64,000 nucleotides of DNA from a bacterium. GTDB lineage: Bacteria; Zhuqueibacterota; Zhuqueibacteria; Residuimicrobiales; Krinioviventaceae. The DNA lies in assembly GCA_963675755.2 (NCBI GenBank), contig CAXXMD010000003.1, forward strand, positions 1,568,001-1,632,000. The letters are read 5' to 3'. Within the stretch, counting starts at the first letter, position 1, and every line of letters starts with the position of its first letter. The notes under the pieces were generated by a model. It was not told where the DNA came from. It saw nothing but the letters and a program-made list of their open reading frames with translations, and ran no database searches. A program made the position numbers and the translations under genes. This document shows, one piece after another, positions 10,140 through 20,879 of this stretch.

Positions 10140-12803
10140 TTATTCTACATAAAACGTCTTGCCGGTGACCTCGAACTGGCTGGTTATTACATCTGTGGTT
10201 GAGGGACCGGGAACATCGGGTTGTTTTCCACCTACCGAAACCTTGAACAATCCCGGTTCTACTATACGCAGATTTTCTTTGTTGGTAAATGAAAGCTGAC
10301 GGGGATCAAGAGTAAATTTTACGGTTTTTGATTTCCCGGGATCCAGATAAATCCGTTTGAATCCCTGCAAAGTACGGATAGGTGTGGGAACAGACGCTTT
10401 TATGTCTGATATATAGAGTTGAACGACTTCTTCACCACCCATTTGACCGGTATTTTCTACCTCAATAGAGATATTGACCGGCTCGCCCGAAGCAATTTGC
10501 TCCGGCAACTCAAGGTTGTGATAGCGGAATGTAGTGTATGACATACCATGACCGAATGCGTACAAGGGCATACCGTCAAAATACCGGTATGTCTGGTTAA
10601 CCAGGTTGTATTCTTTGAACGGCGGGAGCTGATCAACGGATTTGTAAAAAGTAACCGGCAAACGTCCACCCGGATTGTAATCGCCAAACAATACATCGGC
10701 AATAGCTTGTCCCGCAGCTTGTCCGGGATACCAGGCTTGCAAAATAGCAGGTATGTTTTCATCCGCCCAATTGATAGAAACGGCACTTCCGCTCATGTTA
10801 ACCAGAACCATCGGTTTACCCAACCGATTTAGGGTTTTCATGAGATTTTCCTGAATGGCGGGCAGGTCGAGTGTTAACCGGTCTCCTCCTGCAAAACCTT
10901 CAACTTTGACCCGCATCTCTTCGCCTTCTAACCGGGGCGATAATCCCATAACCAGGATGACCACATCTGCGTCTTTGGCAGCTTCTATGGCTTCATATTC
11001 ATAATCGCGTCCGGGAGGTGACCAGATCAGGTGCGCAAAGGCGTCTCCCTGTCTTTCCATAAATTCAAAAGTAATGGGATACGTTTCGCCTTTGATCAGA
11101 TCAATGGTCTCGTAACGTTTGTTTGCATGATGTGTATTGCTAAAGGTAACAAACTCTTCATCATTGATATAAAGGTTAAAAGCGTTAAAGGCTTCGCCGC
11201 CAATAGAATAGCTGCCGGTTACAGGAGCTGTAAATTCTCCACTCCAACGGATACTGAAATTGTCATCATCCAGTTCTTCAGAGGGTGATTTATCCCACCA
11301 GTTAAAATCCACATTTTTATCTATACGTGTAAATACCGGATCACCTTCCAGTTTGTTGTTGTTGAAATATTCTGCAGTAAGACCGTTTACACGCTTGCCA
11401 TCTTTGTCTATTGTAAACAGTACGCTGTCAGGAATAATCTCAAAAACCGGCAGTCCTGCTGCCCATTCACATCCCAACGCGTAATTGACTTGCGTGTTTT
11501 CACCCACTTTATCGATAATACCCTGCAACGGGGTAATGGGATTGGTGGGATAACCGTTATAGTTACCGAGCAATACTTCCTGGTCGTTAGCATTAGGACC
11601 AATAACCGCAATGGTTTTCAGATTTTTGGAAAGGGGAAGTGCATTGTTTTCGTTTTTTAACAAGACCATGGATTTTCTGGCAGTTTCCAATGCAAGATCA
11701 CGGTGTGCTTTGCAATCCACAATATCATACGGAATTTTAGCATAAGGCACCATATCTTCAGGATCAAACATACCCAGCTTGAATCGTGCTGTAAACAATC
11801 GTTTCAGAGAGACATCAATTTCTTCTTCAGTGATTAATCCTTTTTCAACAGCCTCAACCAGTTGTTGATACTCGCTGCCGCAGTTGAGATCGGTACCGGA
11901 TTTTACAGCCAGAGCCGCGGCTTCGGGCCGGGTTTCTACTACTTTGTGATACTTCCAGAAATCACGTATTGCACCACAATCGGAAACTACATAACCATCA
12001 AAGCCCCATTCATCGCGAAGGATTTTGTTACCCAATCGGTCGCTGCCGCAACAGGTTTCACCCATATAACGGTTATAGGCACACATGACAGAATAGGCTC
12101 CAGATTCCATAATGGTTGTTCTAAAGTGGGGAAGATAAAAATCTCTCAAATCCCGTTCACTGGTTTTGGCATCAAAAGTATGACGATCGGGTTCTGGACC
12201 GCTATGTACCGCATAATGTTTTACAGTAGCTACGACTTTGAGATATTTCGGGTGATTGCCCTGTAATCCTTTTACGAAATTGACACCAAGGCGTGAAGTA
12301 AGATAGGGATCTTCACCATAGGTTTCCATACCCCGACCCCAACGTGGATCACGAAAAATATTAATATTGGGTGACCAAAAAGTAAGACCCTGGTAGATTC
12401 CATGTTTTCCGTTCCTGATAAAGTTGTGGTGTTTTGCTCTTGCTTCATCGGATATAGCCGTCGCAACCTGATACATGTGTTTGGTATCCCAGGTGGCTGC
12501 AATGCCTATTGCCTGTGGAAATACAGTCGCTCTACCTGCACGTGCAACTCCATGCAGACATTCGTTCCACCAGTTGTACGCAGGAATATCCAATTCAGGG
12601 ATTGCAGGAGCATCGTTAACCATCTGAGAGGTTTTTTGCTCAAGGGTCATTCTACTGACCAGATCATCAACACGTTCTTCTGTGGAAAGCGTGGGATTTT
12701 TATAAGTGGGTAGTTGACTGTAATCAACTTTTTCACCACAGCTTGTAAAAAGAAATGTTGATAAAATTAATGATATAAGCAGTAATAAAGATTTACTGTT
12801 CAT
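10140..12803 (-). CDS. GH3 beta-xylosidase/glucosidase lipoprotein with inserted PA14 domain
   Basis: WWNECLHG, WSPNINIFRDPRWGRGMETYGEDP, VKHYAVH, YVVSDC; PA14 insert (FSIRWSG); lipobox FTSC. Confidence 0.93.
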   Translation of the reverse strand: MNSKSLLLLISLILSTFLFTSCGEKVDYSQLPTYKNPTLSTEERVDDLVSRMTLEQKTSQMVNDAPAIPELDIPAYNWWNECLHGVARAGRATVFPQAIGIAATWDTKHMYQVATAISDEARAKHHNFIRNGKHGIYQGLTFWSPNINIFRDPRWGRGMETYGEDPYLTSRLGVNFVKGLQGNHPKYLKVVATVKHYAVHSGPEPDRHTFDAKTSERDLRDFYLPHFRTTIMESGAYSVMCAYNRYMGETCCGSDRLGNKILRDEWGFDGYVVSDCGAIRDFWKYHKVVETRPEAAALAVKSGTDLNCGSEYQQLVEAVEKGLITEEEIDVSLKRLFTARFKLGMFDPEDMVPYAKIPYDIVDCKAHRDLALETARKSMVLLKNENNALPLSKNLKTIAVIGPNANDQEVLLGNYNGYPTNPITPLQGIIDKVGENTQVNYALGCEWAAGLPVFEIIPDSVLFTIDKDGKRVNGLTAEYFNNNKLEGDPVFTRIDKNVDFNWWDKSPSEELDDDNFSIRWSGEFTAPVTGSYSIGGEAFNAFNLYINDEEFVTFSNTHHANKRYETIDLIKGETYPITFEFMERQGDAFAHLIWSPPGRDYEYEAIEAAKDADVVILVMGLSPRLEGEEMRVKVEGFAGGDRLTLDLPAIQENLMKTLNRLGKPMVLVNMSGSAVSINWADENIPAILQAWYPGQAAGQAIADVLFGDYNPGGRLPVTFYKSVDQLPPFKEYNLVNQTYRYFDGMPLYAFGHGMSYTTFRYHNLELPEQIASGEPVNISIEVENTGQMGGEEVVQLYISDIKASVPTPIRTLQGFKRIYLDPGKSKTVKFTLDPRQLSFTNKENLRIVEPGLFKVSVGGKQPDVPGPSTTDVITSQFEVTGKTFYVE

Positions 12804-12926
12804 AGAGTACTCCCAGGGTTTTCAAAAATCAAATATATTTCAGGAACCCACAATGTTACATAACAATGGAATAAAATTCAAGTAAAATAAAGACTTTTTT
12901 AAGGTTTAAGAATGTAAGAGGGGGAT

Positions 12927-13316
12927 TTAAGGATCAGCTTTGATGATATGAAAACCAAATTCGGTTTTCACAATATCGCTGATTTCACCACTTTTCAGCT
13001 TGAATGCCGCATTTTCAAAGGGAATTGCCATTACACCACGTTTAAAGGGATCCAGCTTGCCGCCCTGACTGCTGCTGACACAATCGGAATATTGTTTGGC
13101 AATTTCTGCAAAATGACCACCGTTTTTGACCTGGTATAACAATTCATTGGCAATTGCATAAGCTTCCTGCTTTGTGCGTGTTAATGAGGCAGGGGCCATA
13201 GATGCGCCTCTGTACATGACCAGTATATGGCTTACATGGGCTATGTCTTGCTCTTTCTCTTTGCATGAAGAAAATAAAGTGATTGCCAAAAGAATAGCGG
13301 TTGACCATTTTAACAT
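12927..13316 (-). CDS. Parvulin-type peptidyl-prolyl isomerase lipoprotein
   Basis: SHILV, FAEIAKQYSDC, GGKL, FENAAF, TEFGFHII; lipobox FSSC; start MLKW after GAGGA. Confidence 0.9.
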   Translation of the reverse strand: MLKWSTAILLAITLFSSCKEKEQDIAHVSHILVMYRGASMAPASLTRTKQEAYAIANELLYQVKNGGHFAEIAKQYSDCVSSSQGGKLDPFKRGVMAIPFENAAFKLKSGEISDIVKTEFGFHIIKADP

Positions 13317-13441
13317 AAAATCCTCAATAAATTCCAGTAACAAACTTACAAATTCCCGTATACATATCAAAGCATATTTCTATACGAAAAGGTGTTTATT
13401 AAAAGACAAATTTATTATATTCAATTAATCATTAATTCCGG

Positions 13442-14023
13442 ATGAATATGAAAAAATGGATTTTTATAATTTTGCTTTTTGCCGCCGCAGGATTTTCGGC
13501 TGAATTTCAGGTTGATACTGAAGCGGATAATATGGTGCTGTTTATGGTTCAGGCACCTATGGAGCAGTTTGACGGATCAACAGCAATGATAGATGGTTTT
13601 GTCAAATGGGAAGGGGAGAATCCCCTAACGGAGAGTGAATTTTATTTTCAGGTTGATTTGAGAGATCTGGATACCGGGATTGCGAAAAGAAACCAGCAAA
13701 TGCGGGAAAAATATCTGCAAACCGATAAATATCCTTATGCCGTTTATACTGGTATGTTAACGGCAATTGATACATTAGAGACAGATAACGAATTTGATGT
13801 CAAAGTTGAAGGAACATTAAATTTACATGGTGTTGAGCAGTCCTATGTCATCGACGGTAGAATTTCGCTGATTGACAGCACTATGCAGGTACAGTGTGGA
13901 TTTGAACTAGGATTGCAAAGACATAATATAAAGATCCCCAAAATCATGTTTGCCAAAATCAGTGATTTTATATTGATGGATTTGAGTTTTTATATGATCA
14001 GGAAAGACCCCATCCACCGCTAA
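13442..14023 (+). CDS. YceI family protein
   Basis: Signal peptide; VDLRDLDTGIAKRNQQM, YLQTDKYP, GTLNLHGV. Confidence 0.85.
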   Translation: MNMKKWIFIILLFAAAGFSAEFQVDTEADNMVLFMVQAPMEQFDGSTAMIDGFVKWEGENPLTESEFYFQVDLRDLDTGIAKRNQQMREKYLQTDKYPYAVYTGMLTAIDTLETDNEFDVKVEGTLNLHGVEQSYVIDGRISLIDSTMQVQCGFELGLQRHNIKIPKIMFAKISDFILMDLSFYMIRKDPIHR

Positions 14024-14741
14024 TAACAAGCTCGGTGCCGGTTACATATTGAGCGTTATCGCTGATCAGATATTGAACAGCACCTAAAACATCCTCTGCG
14101 GTTCCGCTCCTTCCCATAGGAACGGTACTGGCTTGCATTTGTAACTGTTCTTCCGATAACCTGCCATTGTCCATTAATCCGGGAGCAATCACATTTACGG
14201 TTATTCCATTGGGAGCTTCCTGTTTTGCAAGGGATTTGGTTAAAATATGCACCCCGGTTTTTGCAATAGAGTAGGGAACCACATTTTGAAATGCTTTGAC
14301 ACCCGCGTTAGCAAGGCCTATATTGATAATTCTACCCCATTTATTCTGGCGCATACCCGGTAAGGCGGCTTTACAGCAAAGAAAACAACTGTTGAGATTG
14401 CTGCTAAACATATCCTGCCATTCTTGAAAACTTGTGTCATCAAAGGGTTTAAATACAAAATCACCAACATTGTTTATCAATATATTAACACTGCCGGTCT
14501 TTTGCTTTATTTGCCGGAACAAGTTGTTAACATCCGCTTCCTGGCTGACGTCAGCCTGGATGGCTATTGCATGTCCACCGAGAGATTTTATTTGATCTAC
14601 TGTTTCTTTTGCGGCTATGTGATCAGTATGATAATTGATAATAATCGTCGTGTCTGGTGATGCCAGTCCAAGGGCGGTTTTTTGTCCCAGTCCTTTTGAT
14701 GAACCGGTAATCAAAAGGGTTTTGTGTGCGGGCTTGTTCAT
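13998..14741 (-). CDS. SDR family oxidoreductase (FabG-like)
   Basis: TGSSKGLG, LINNVG, YSIAK catalytic motif, VNVIAPG. Confidence 0.9.
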   Translation of the reverse strand: MNKPAHKTLLITGSSKGLGQKTALGLASPDTTIIINYHTDHIAAKETVDQIKSLGGHAIAIQADVSQEADVNNLFRQIKQKTGSVNILINNVGDFVFKPFDDTSFQEWQDMFSSNLNSCFLCCKAALPGMRQNKWGRIINIGLANAGVKAFQNVVPYSIAKTGVHILTKSLAKQEAPNGITVNVIAPGLMDNGRLSEEQLQMQASTVPMGRSGTAEDVLGAVQYLISDNAQYVTGTELVISGGWGLS

Positions 14742-15937
14742 GGATTTAAAATAACCCTCATGGTTGTACCCTTGCCCACATGAGATTCTTTGATGAACAG
14801 TTTACCATTATGATATTCCTGAACAATTCGTTGGGCCAGGTTGAGTCCCAAACCCCAACCCCGTTTTTTAGTGCTGTACCCGGCTTTAAAGATATCTCGT
14901 TTTCCTTTTGTAGAGATTCCTATACCATTGTCTTTGACATCCAGAAAGACGTTGCCATCTGGCAATACACCGGTGATTAATTCAATAACACCCTGTTTAC
15001 CCTTGACCGCGTCAATTGCGTTTTTAATCAGATTTTCTACGGTCCATTCAAACAGATCACGATTAAGCGGAACGACAGGTATCTCTCCAAAATGTTCAAT
15101 CAGTTTGATCTCTTTGCCGGTTTGGGGCAAACGTCTCTTGAAATAGATCATAATATCTGAAAGAATGGGATGAATGTCTTGCGGTTTGAGCTGTGTTTTG
15201 GAACCGATTTGAGAGAAGCGCGCGGCCACTTTTTCCAAACGTTTAATGTCATTTTCCATTTCAGTGGATACAAAGCTTACATTTTCAGCATTACCTGAAT
15301 CGGATTTCAACACCTCCTGCCATCCCATCAGAGAAGAGATGGGAGTACCTAGCTGATGGGCCGTTTCTTTGGCCATACCAACCCAGATGAAACGCTGTTC
15401 GCTTTGTTTAATACTGCTGAAACCTAAAAAGGCCAGCAAGAGTAACAAGCCCAGTCCGACAATGGATATATAAGGCAGGTAAATCAGTTGGGTGATCAGA
15501 TTTGAATCTCCATAATAGAGATAGTTTAAAACCGTATCATCATAGGTTATGGCAATGGGCTCGTTTTCCTTTTCCATTTTGGCCATCATGTTGCGAATTT
15601 TGGCAATAGTTTCTTTGGATGGATTGGTTTCCGGGATTCCAATGCTTTTCCAGGTTGTTGGATTTTTATCAGAATCGGTCAGAATGAGAGGAAAGTTGGT
15701 ACGCTGGGTAATGTTTTCAAACGACCAGCCCAACGCTTCGGGCGCCAGAGGATCAGATGCGATCCGTTTGATGGTGGTCACATAAATACCCACAATTTCA
15801 CGCGCTTCACGACGAAGTCCGTTTACCATCTGCTGCGTATATAGCACCATGCCCAATATCACTGCAAGTATCAGAATAAAAAAGATGCCGCGCAAAGTGC
15901 CCGACATCATGTACAAAGTTTTACGTACTGAAAACAT
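14738..15937 (-). CDS. Membrane sensor histidine kinase (orphan)
   Basis: Two TM segments; H-box ETAHQLGTPISSL; N-box ENLIKNAIDA; DNGIG; GWGLGL. Start moved to just after the upstream stop. Confidence 0.9.
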   Translation of the reverse strand: MFSVRKTLYMMSGTLRGIFFILILAVILGMVLYTQQMVNGLRREAREIVGIYVTTIKRIASDPLAPEALGWSFENITQRTNFPLILTDSDKNPTTWKSIGIPETNPSKETIAKIRNMMAKMEKENEPIAITYDDTVLNYLYYGDSNLITQLIYLPYISIVGLGLLLLLAFLGFSSIKQSEQRFIWVGMAKETAHQLGTPISSLMGWQEVLKSDSGNAENVSFVSTEMENDIKRLEKVAARFSQIGSKTQLKPQDIHPILSDIMIYFKRRLPQTGKEIKLIEHFGEIPVVPLNRDLFEWTVENLIKNAIDAVKGKQGVIELITGVLPDGNVFLDVKDNGIGISTKGKRDIFKAGYSTKKRGWGLGLNLAQRIVQEYHNGKLFIKESHVGKGTTMRVILNP

Positions 15938-15939
15938 GG

Positions 15940-18489
15940 CTAAGCCTGTACTTTTGACCTGTTTTTTAAATATTTTGCTCCTAATCCTGCCAGGATGAGC
16001 AGCAGTACAACAAATGTAATGACACTGATCCACATGCCCAGGAAAAAGGAATCGGGATGGAACCTGAATTCTATTTCGTGCTCACCCGGTTCCAAAAAGA
16101 TGGAACGCAACAGATAATTGGTTTTGTAGATTTTGGTTTCAACTCCATCTACATAGGCTTTCCAGCCGGCAGGGTAATAGACTTCACTCAAGACCAATAC
16201 ACCGGCTTTGGCTGCTTGTGCTTTAATCTTGATATTGTGTGCATCAAAATGAGTAACCTCGGCAGTATTTTCTGCAGAGGGGAACACAGTCATGGGAGGT
16301 GCTTCTTCAAGTATTGCAGTTTTCCGTGGATTAAACTGACCGCTTTTCATATAGTCAAAAATTGCTTTTTTACCATTCAACACGGTAACCGTATCAGCAA
16401 AAAACGCACGGGGCAAGACTTGCGTGTTTTCATAGACAAAATAATTCCATCGTTGTCCCTGGTACATGATAGGATATTGTGTTGCAACCTTGAACCGGGG
16501 ATCGGTTATGGGTAGCCCCATGGACAGTACATACTTTATGTTAAGCATGTCCATCATGGCATAATCAAAATTGAGGCGTCCTGGATCAATTTGTTCAGGC
16601 GGAACGGGTTCCATGCTGGGTCTGTTGTTACGCATAACATTGCGCCAGTATTTCATTATAAAGGGACTGTTGCCAGTGCCATAGCCACTCTCTTCTAAAA
16701 AGTCCTGATAAATTCTAATCTTGGCCGCACTGTAACCATAAATACTTGCGATATTGTGGTACATGTACCAGTTTGCGGCTTTATCATCGCGGGCGGGATA
16801 AATGCGGAACAGGTCCGTGTCCTTTTTCATATATTGTACAGCAGGTGTTTCATTAAAGTAAGACTCTTCGCTGACAACATCCTGGGGTTTCATGATTTTG
16901 TAATCAATCATCCACAGGTCGGCTACAACCAGTACAATCATGAACAATCCGAAAAAGGATATCGATAGTTTTTTGTTAACCAATTGAACAGATAATCCTA
17001 TAGCAATGGCAGTCAGAACCAGGGATTTAAAACTGTCCATTAGAGCAATGTGATATGCCTGCTCACGCATTGCGGCAGAAAGGTGACTGCGGCTGTTAGC
17101 AACCATTGTTGTAAAGGAGGTATGTGCAAACAGCATATACAGGGTAAACAATCCAATCACACCCAAATACGCCCAGAAGTATTTTTTGATTCTGCCAATA
17201 GCGGGATCCGGTTTTTTGGGATTACTTTCTTTATTGTATAGATCGATCAGTGCCTGAATACCATAAGCGGCAAGAATCACCATGGCTATATCCAGCACAA
17301 TGTGGATCATACTGGGTATACGGAACTTGTTGAAAAAGGGGAGAAATTTAAACATAGGGGTATACAAAACCCCAAAATGTCTACCAAAAGAAACCAGCAA
17401 AGAGAACAGGGCAAGAATGCCAAAAAAGGTAGTGTTTTTGTCCCGACGTAAAACCAGTGCCGCACCGGCAAAAAATAAGACCAGAACACTGAAATAGAGC
17501 GGGTAATCGGTAAAGGGCATTTTACCCCAATAGGTTGCTCCGCCAAATCCCATAAAAGAAGGGATGATAAATGTAACCATTTCAAGCGGATGGAATGACC
17601 AGCCAGAGGCATAATCAAAATCGAGGCCGCTACCTTCACTGGATCCGCGAATAGAATAATGTTGATAATCATAAACCGAAATGTATACAATAGAGGAAAG
17701 TAAAACAGCTACCAGTATTACACCGGCCAGTAAACCGGCGGGGACCAAAATGTCTGACACTTTTTTGCTTGATCTGTAGGTATTGATTACGGTAACCAGA
17801 TAATAGATGCCCAACATCAGATAGGTGTAATAGCAGACCTGCACATGCGCACGAATGAGCTGCAGCCCCAGGGTAAGGGCAAGTAATACAAAATAGAGCA
17901 GGTTGCGTTTTTCAAACAGCTTGTTTGCCAGCAGTAAAATTAAGGGGATAAGCATTAGAGAGAGAAACTTTGTATTATGCCCATATGATGTAAATGCTAT
18001 AAATTGAGGTAGAAACATTAAAGCAATGCCGGCAAAGGCTGCTGGTAAAAGCCCTATTTTCTGATCCCTTAAAAATATAAAGGCTAATAATCCAAACAAC
18101 AGGTAATTGATGAAAACAAAAAAGAAATTGGGATCGTGATGGAGCTTGAGGGTTTCAATAATCCCGCGAATGGGACCATCTACAGGGTTTACAATCTTGG
18201 GTATGGATAACATACTGGAATATGAGGGCATACCGCTGAATATGAATGGACACCATAAAGGGAAATCGATATCGTACGGATTGTGTTTGACAAATTGTAT
18301 TGTGGCTTTTGAAGTCATTTTGTCCGGCGAAACCAGGGATTTACCTCCAAAAAGGACCTGAAAATAGAATACAGTCAGCAGAATCAGGGCCGCTATGACA
18401 AAGGTCCAAACCGGATGGTCCTGAATGAATGAACTTTTTGGTTTTATATTTAATTGTGACGGTTTTTTGGATGATTGTTTTTTACCCAC
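15940..18489 (-). CDS. YfhO family membrane protein (GT-C glycosyltransferase)
   Basis: PLWCPFIFSGMP, many TM helices, PFFNKFRIP, C-terminal LSEVYYPAGWKAYVDG. Confidence 0.85.
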   Translation of the reverse strand: MGKKQSSKKPSQLNIKPKSSFIQDHPVWTFVIAALILLTVFYFQVLFGGKSLVSPDKMTSKATIQFVKHNPYDIDFPLWCPFIFSGMPSYSSMLSIPKIVNPVDGPIRGIIETLKLHHDPNFFFVFINYLLFGLLAFIFLRDQKIGLLPAAFAGIALMFLPQFIAFTSYGHNTKFLSLMLIPLILLLANKLFEKRNLLYFVLLALTLGLQLIRAHVQVCYYTYLMLGIYYLVTVINTYRSSKKVSDILVPAGLLAGVILVAVLLSSIVYISVYDYQHYSIRGSSEGSGLDFDYASGWSFHPLEMVTFIIPSFMGFGGATYWGKMPFTDYPLYFSVLVLFFAGAALVLRRDKNTTFFGILALFSLLVSFGRHFGVLYTPMFKFLPFFNKFRIPSMIHIVLDIAMVILAAYGIQALIDLYNKESNPKKPDPAIGRIKKYFWAYLGVIGLFTLYMLFAHTSFTTMVANSRSHLSAAMREQAYHIALMDSFKSLVLTAIAIGLSVQLVNKKLSISFFGLFMIVLVVADLWMIDYKIMKPQDVVSEESYFNETPAVQYMKKDTDLFRIYPARDDKAANWYMYHNIASIYGYSAAKIRIYQDFLEESGYGTGNSPFIMKYWRNVMRNNRPSMEPVPPEQIDPGRLNFDYAMMDMLNIKYVLSMGLPITDPRFKVATQYPIMYQGQRWNYFVYENTQVLPRAFFADTVTVLNGKKAIFDYMKSGQFNPRKTAILEEAPPMTVFPSAENTAEVTHFDAHNIKIKAQAAKAGVLVLSEVYYPAGWKAYVDGVETKIYKTNYLLRSIFLEPGEHEIEFRFHPDSFFLGMWISVITFVVLLLILAGLGAKYLKNRSKVQA

Positions 18490-18569
18490 AATAGTCCTCG
18501 TATTTTTGTAAACAAGATTTACTAATTATACAGATAATATTGTTACAACTCAACAATTTTTCAGGATAT

Positions 18570-19904
18570 TCATTTTTTTATCAACTGGTCAAAATGTTTT
18601 GCCAGTTCCCCGGTCAAAGTATGGCGACTAAAGGCAGTGAATTCTTTTGCAGATATTTTCTTTTTATCTGCCTGCTCAACAATGTCGAACAAGGCTTTTT
18701 TAATTTCATCCGGGTTTTTGGGATGCGCGGTACTGCCCAGATCGTATTTTTTGATCAATTGAGCCGCATCTCCGTCTGGTGCCAATGCAAGTACCGGATG
18801 TCCTGCACCGATATATTCGAATAGCTTGCCGGTAAGAATGCCATAATTCTCAGGAGAGTCGTCAATGATCAATAAAGAAATATCTGCGGATTTTAACCAG
18901 GCTATACTTTCACTATGGGTCACATAGGGAATCCGTTCAACTAGGTGTGAAATGCTGCTGGAATCTAATCGTTTAATTATTGGCTCACCCACTCGTCCTA
19001 CAAAGAGCAGTCTCAGCTTTTCCGTAAAGTCTGGATTTTCTTTTTGGAGTGATTCCAGTGCCTGTACCAGATATTCAGGATTTCGGTTTCCATAAAGTGA
19101 ACCGGTATAGATAATGGTGGTCTTAATTGATTTGGGCTTTGCTTCTACGTTTTCAAAATCTTCCGGGTCAAATCCGTTATACAGCAGCTTCCAGCGTTCG
19201 TCTCTGTATTGCGGATTCCTGCTAAGCAGATCTTCTTTTACCCCGGGAGTAACAGAAATCAAAGTGCTGGCATCTCGCAGTACGGACCGTTCCATCCATT
19301 TTTCCAAAGCACGTGACAATTTGGGGCGCCATTGCGGTGTAGACAGCCAACCAATCCATGAATCGCGGAAATCTACAACCCAGGGTAAATTTGATTTCTT
19401 GTGCAGGGCCAGACCAATCAAATGTGTTGTGTATGGCGGGGCAGTGGAATAGATTACATCAATATTTTCGCGTTCGATTATTTTTTTACCCAGGTTATAT
19501 GCAAAGGGCAACCAACCGATACGGGCATCGGGAACAAAAAACGCGGAGCGTACCCACTCGGCAAGCCGTTCGGTCCATTTTTGTTTCTGGTCCGAATCCA
19601 GGGTGAGGGTTGCAATGTCTGTGGCTTCGCCCTCGGCGCGGCCGGTAAGTTTACGGTAAAATCGATAAGGTTCAACAATTGTAGATCGATACACCTTGAC
19701 CCCATCGGGTATTTCTTTTGCCAGGGTGTCATCATATGCGGGATAGTCGGCGTTATTGGCTGTGAGTACTACAGGTTCCCAACCAAAGTCACGCAGATAT
19801 TTGACAAATTTCAAAGTACGCTGTACACCGGCGCCACCAGAAGGTGGAAAGTAATAACTGATGAGCAGTACTTTTTTTCGAACAGGGGGATTAAGATTCG
19901 TCAT
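18570..19904 (-). CDS. GT4 family glycosyltransferase
   Basis: YYFPPSGGAGVQR, DFRDSW, YTGSLY, GKLFEYIGAGHP. Confidence 0.88.
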   Translation of the reverse strand: MTNLNPPVRKKVLLISYYFPPSGGAGVQRTLKFVKYLRDFGWEPVVLTANNADYPAYDDTLAKEIPDGVKVYRSTIVEPYRFYRKLTGRAEGEATDIATLTLDSDQKQKWTERLAEWVRSAFFVPDARIGWLPFAYNLGKKIIERENIDVIYSTAPPYTTHLIGLALHKKSNLPWVVDFRDSWIGWLSTPQWRPKLSRALEKWMERSVLRDASTLISVTPGVKEDLLSRNPQYRDERWKLLYNGFDPEDFENVEAKPKSIKTTIIYTGSLYGNRNPEYLVQALESLQKENPDFTEKLRLLFVGRVGEPIIKRLDSSSISHLVERIPYVTHSESIAWLKSADISLLIIDDSPENYGILTGKLFEYIGAGHPVLALAPDGDAAQLIKKYDLGSTAHPKNPDEIKKALFDIVEQADKKKISAKEFTAFSRHTLTGELAKHFDQLIKK

Positions 19905-20868
19905 TCTCTTTCCAGCCCCGGGCCTGTTTGAGTACATAGGTTTCATTATCATGACGCACAGATATGATCATTTCACCAATCAGACCGATGGAGAAAAATT
20001 GCAGTCCCACAATGATCAATAAAATGCCTAGCAGCAGAATGGGTCTGTTGCTGAGGTAAATGTTCATAAAAATACGTTGATAAGTCAAATAAGCCAGTAC
20101 CAGGGTTCCCAGAAAGGAGCTGAGCAGGCCCAGCATACCGAACAGGTGCAGTGGACGTTTTTTATATTTTGTTAAAAAAGTAATGGTCAATAAATCAAAT
20201 GCACCCCTTACAAACCGGGCGGAACCGAATTTAGATTTACCATGTTTTCGTTCATAATGTTTGACCGGTATTTCAGTAACGCGAAATCCGTTATGGTGAG
20301 CCATAACGGGAAGATAGCGGTGCATTTCTCCATAAACATGCAGACTTTTCACAACATCCAGCTTGTAGGCTTTGAGGCCGCAATTGAAATCGTGGAGTTT
20401 TAGACCGCTGAAAACGGATGTGAAATAGTTGTATATTTTTGAAGTGTGTTTTTTGATAAAGGGATCGTGACGTACTTTTTTCCAACCCGATACCAGGTCG
20501 TATCCCTCTTCCAGTTTGGCAATCAGATTGGGGATCTCGTTGGGATCATCCTGCAAGTCCGCATCCATGGTAATCACATACGTACCGGAAGCATATTCAA
20601 AACCGGCGGCAAGACCGGCAGCTTTGCCGTAATTTTTTCTGAATTGCAAAAGCTTGGTGTGAGAATTTTGAGATATTAAATTCTCTATTACTGACGCAGA
20701 ATTGTCAGTTGAACCATCATCAACAAAAACAATCTCGTAACTGCGGCCCATAGAGGTTATTACCTCAACAATGCGATGGTGCAGTTCTGCTAACGAGTCT
20801 TGCTCATTGTATAGCGGTATAACGATGGATATGTCTGTTTTGGGGTGGATCTCTTTATTCATAAACAC
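19891..20868 (-). CDS. GT2 polyprenyl-phosphate glycosyltransferase (ArnC/CsbB/DPM1-like)
   Basis: SIVIPLYNE, VDDGSTD, MDADLQDDP, DFNCGLK, two C-terminal TM helices. Confidence 0.9.
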   Translation of the reverse strand: MFMNKEIHPKTDISIVIPLYNEQDSLAELHHRIVEVITSMGRSYEIVFVDDGSTDNSASVIENLISQNSHTKLLQFRKNYGKAAGLAAGFEYASGTYVITMDADLQDDPNEIPNLIAKLEEGYDLVSGWKKVRHDPFIKKHTSKIYNYFTSVFSGLKLHDFNCGLKAYKLDVVKSLHVYGEMHRYLPVMAHHNGFRVTEIPVKHYERKHGKSKFGSARFVRGAFDLLTITFLTKYKKRPLHLFGMLGLLSSFLGTLVLAYLTYQRIFMNIYLSNRPILLLGILLIIVGLQFFSIGLIGEMIISVRHDNETYVLKQARGWKENDES

Positions 20869-20879
20869 TTCCGGGTTTA

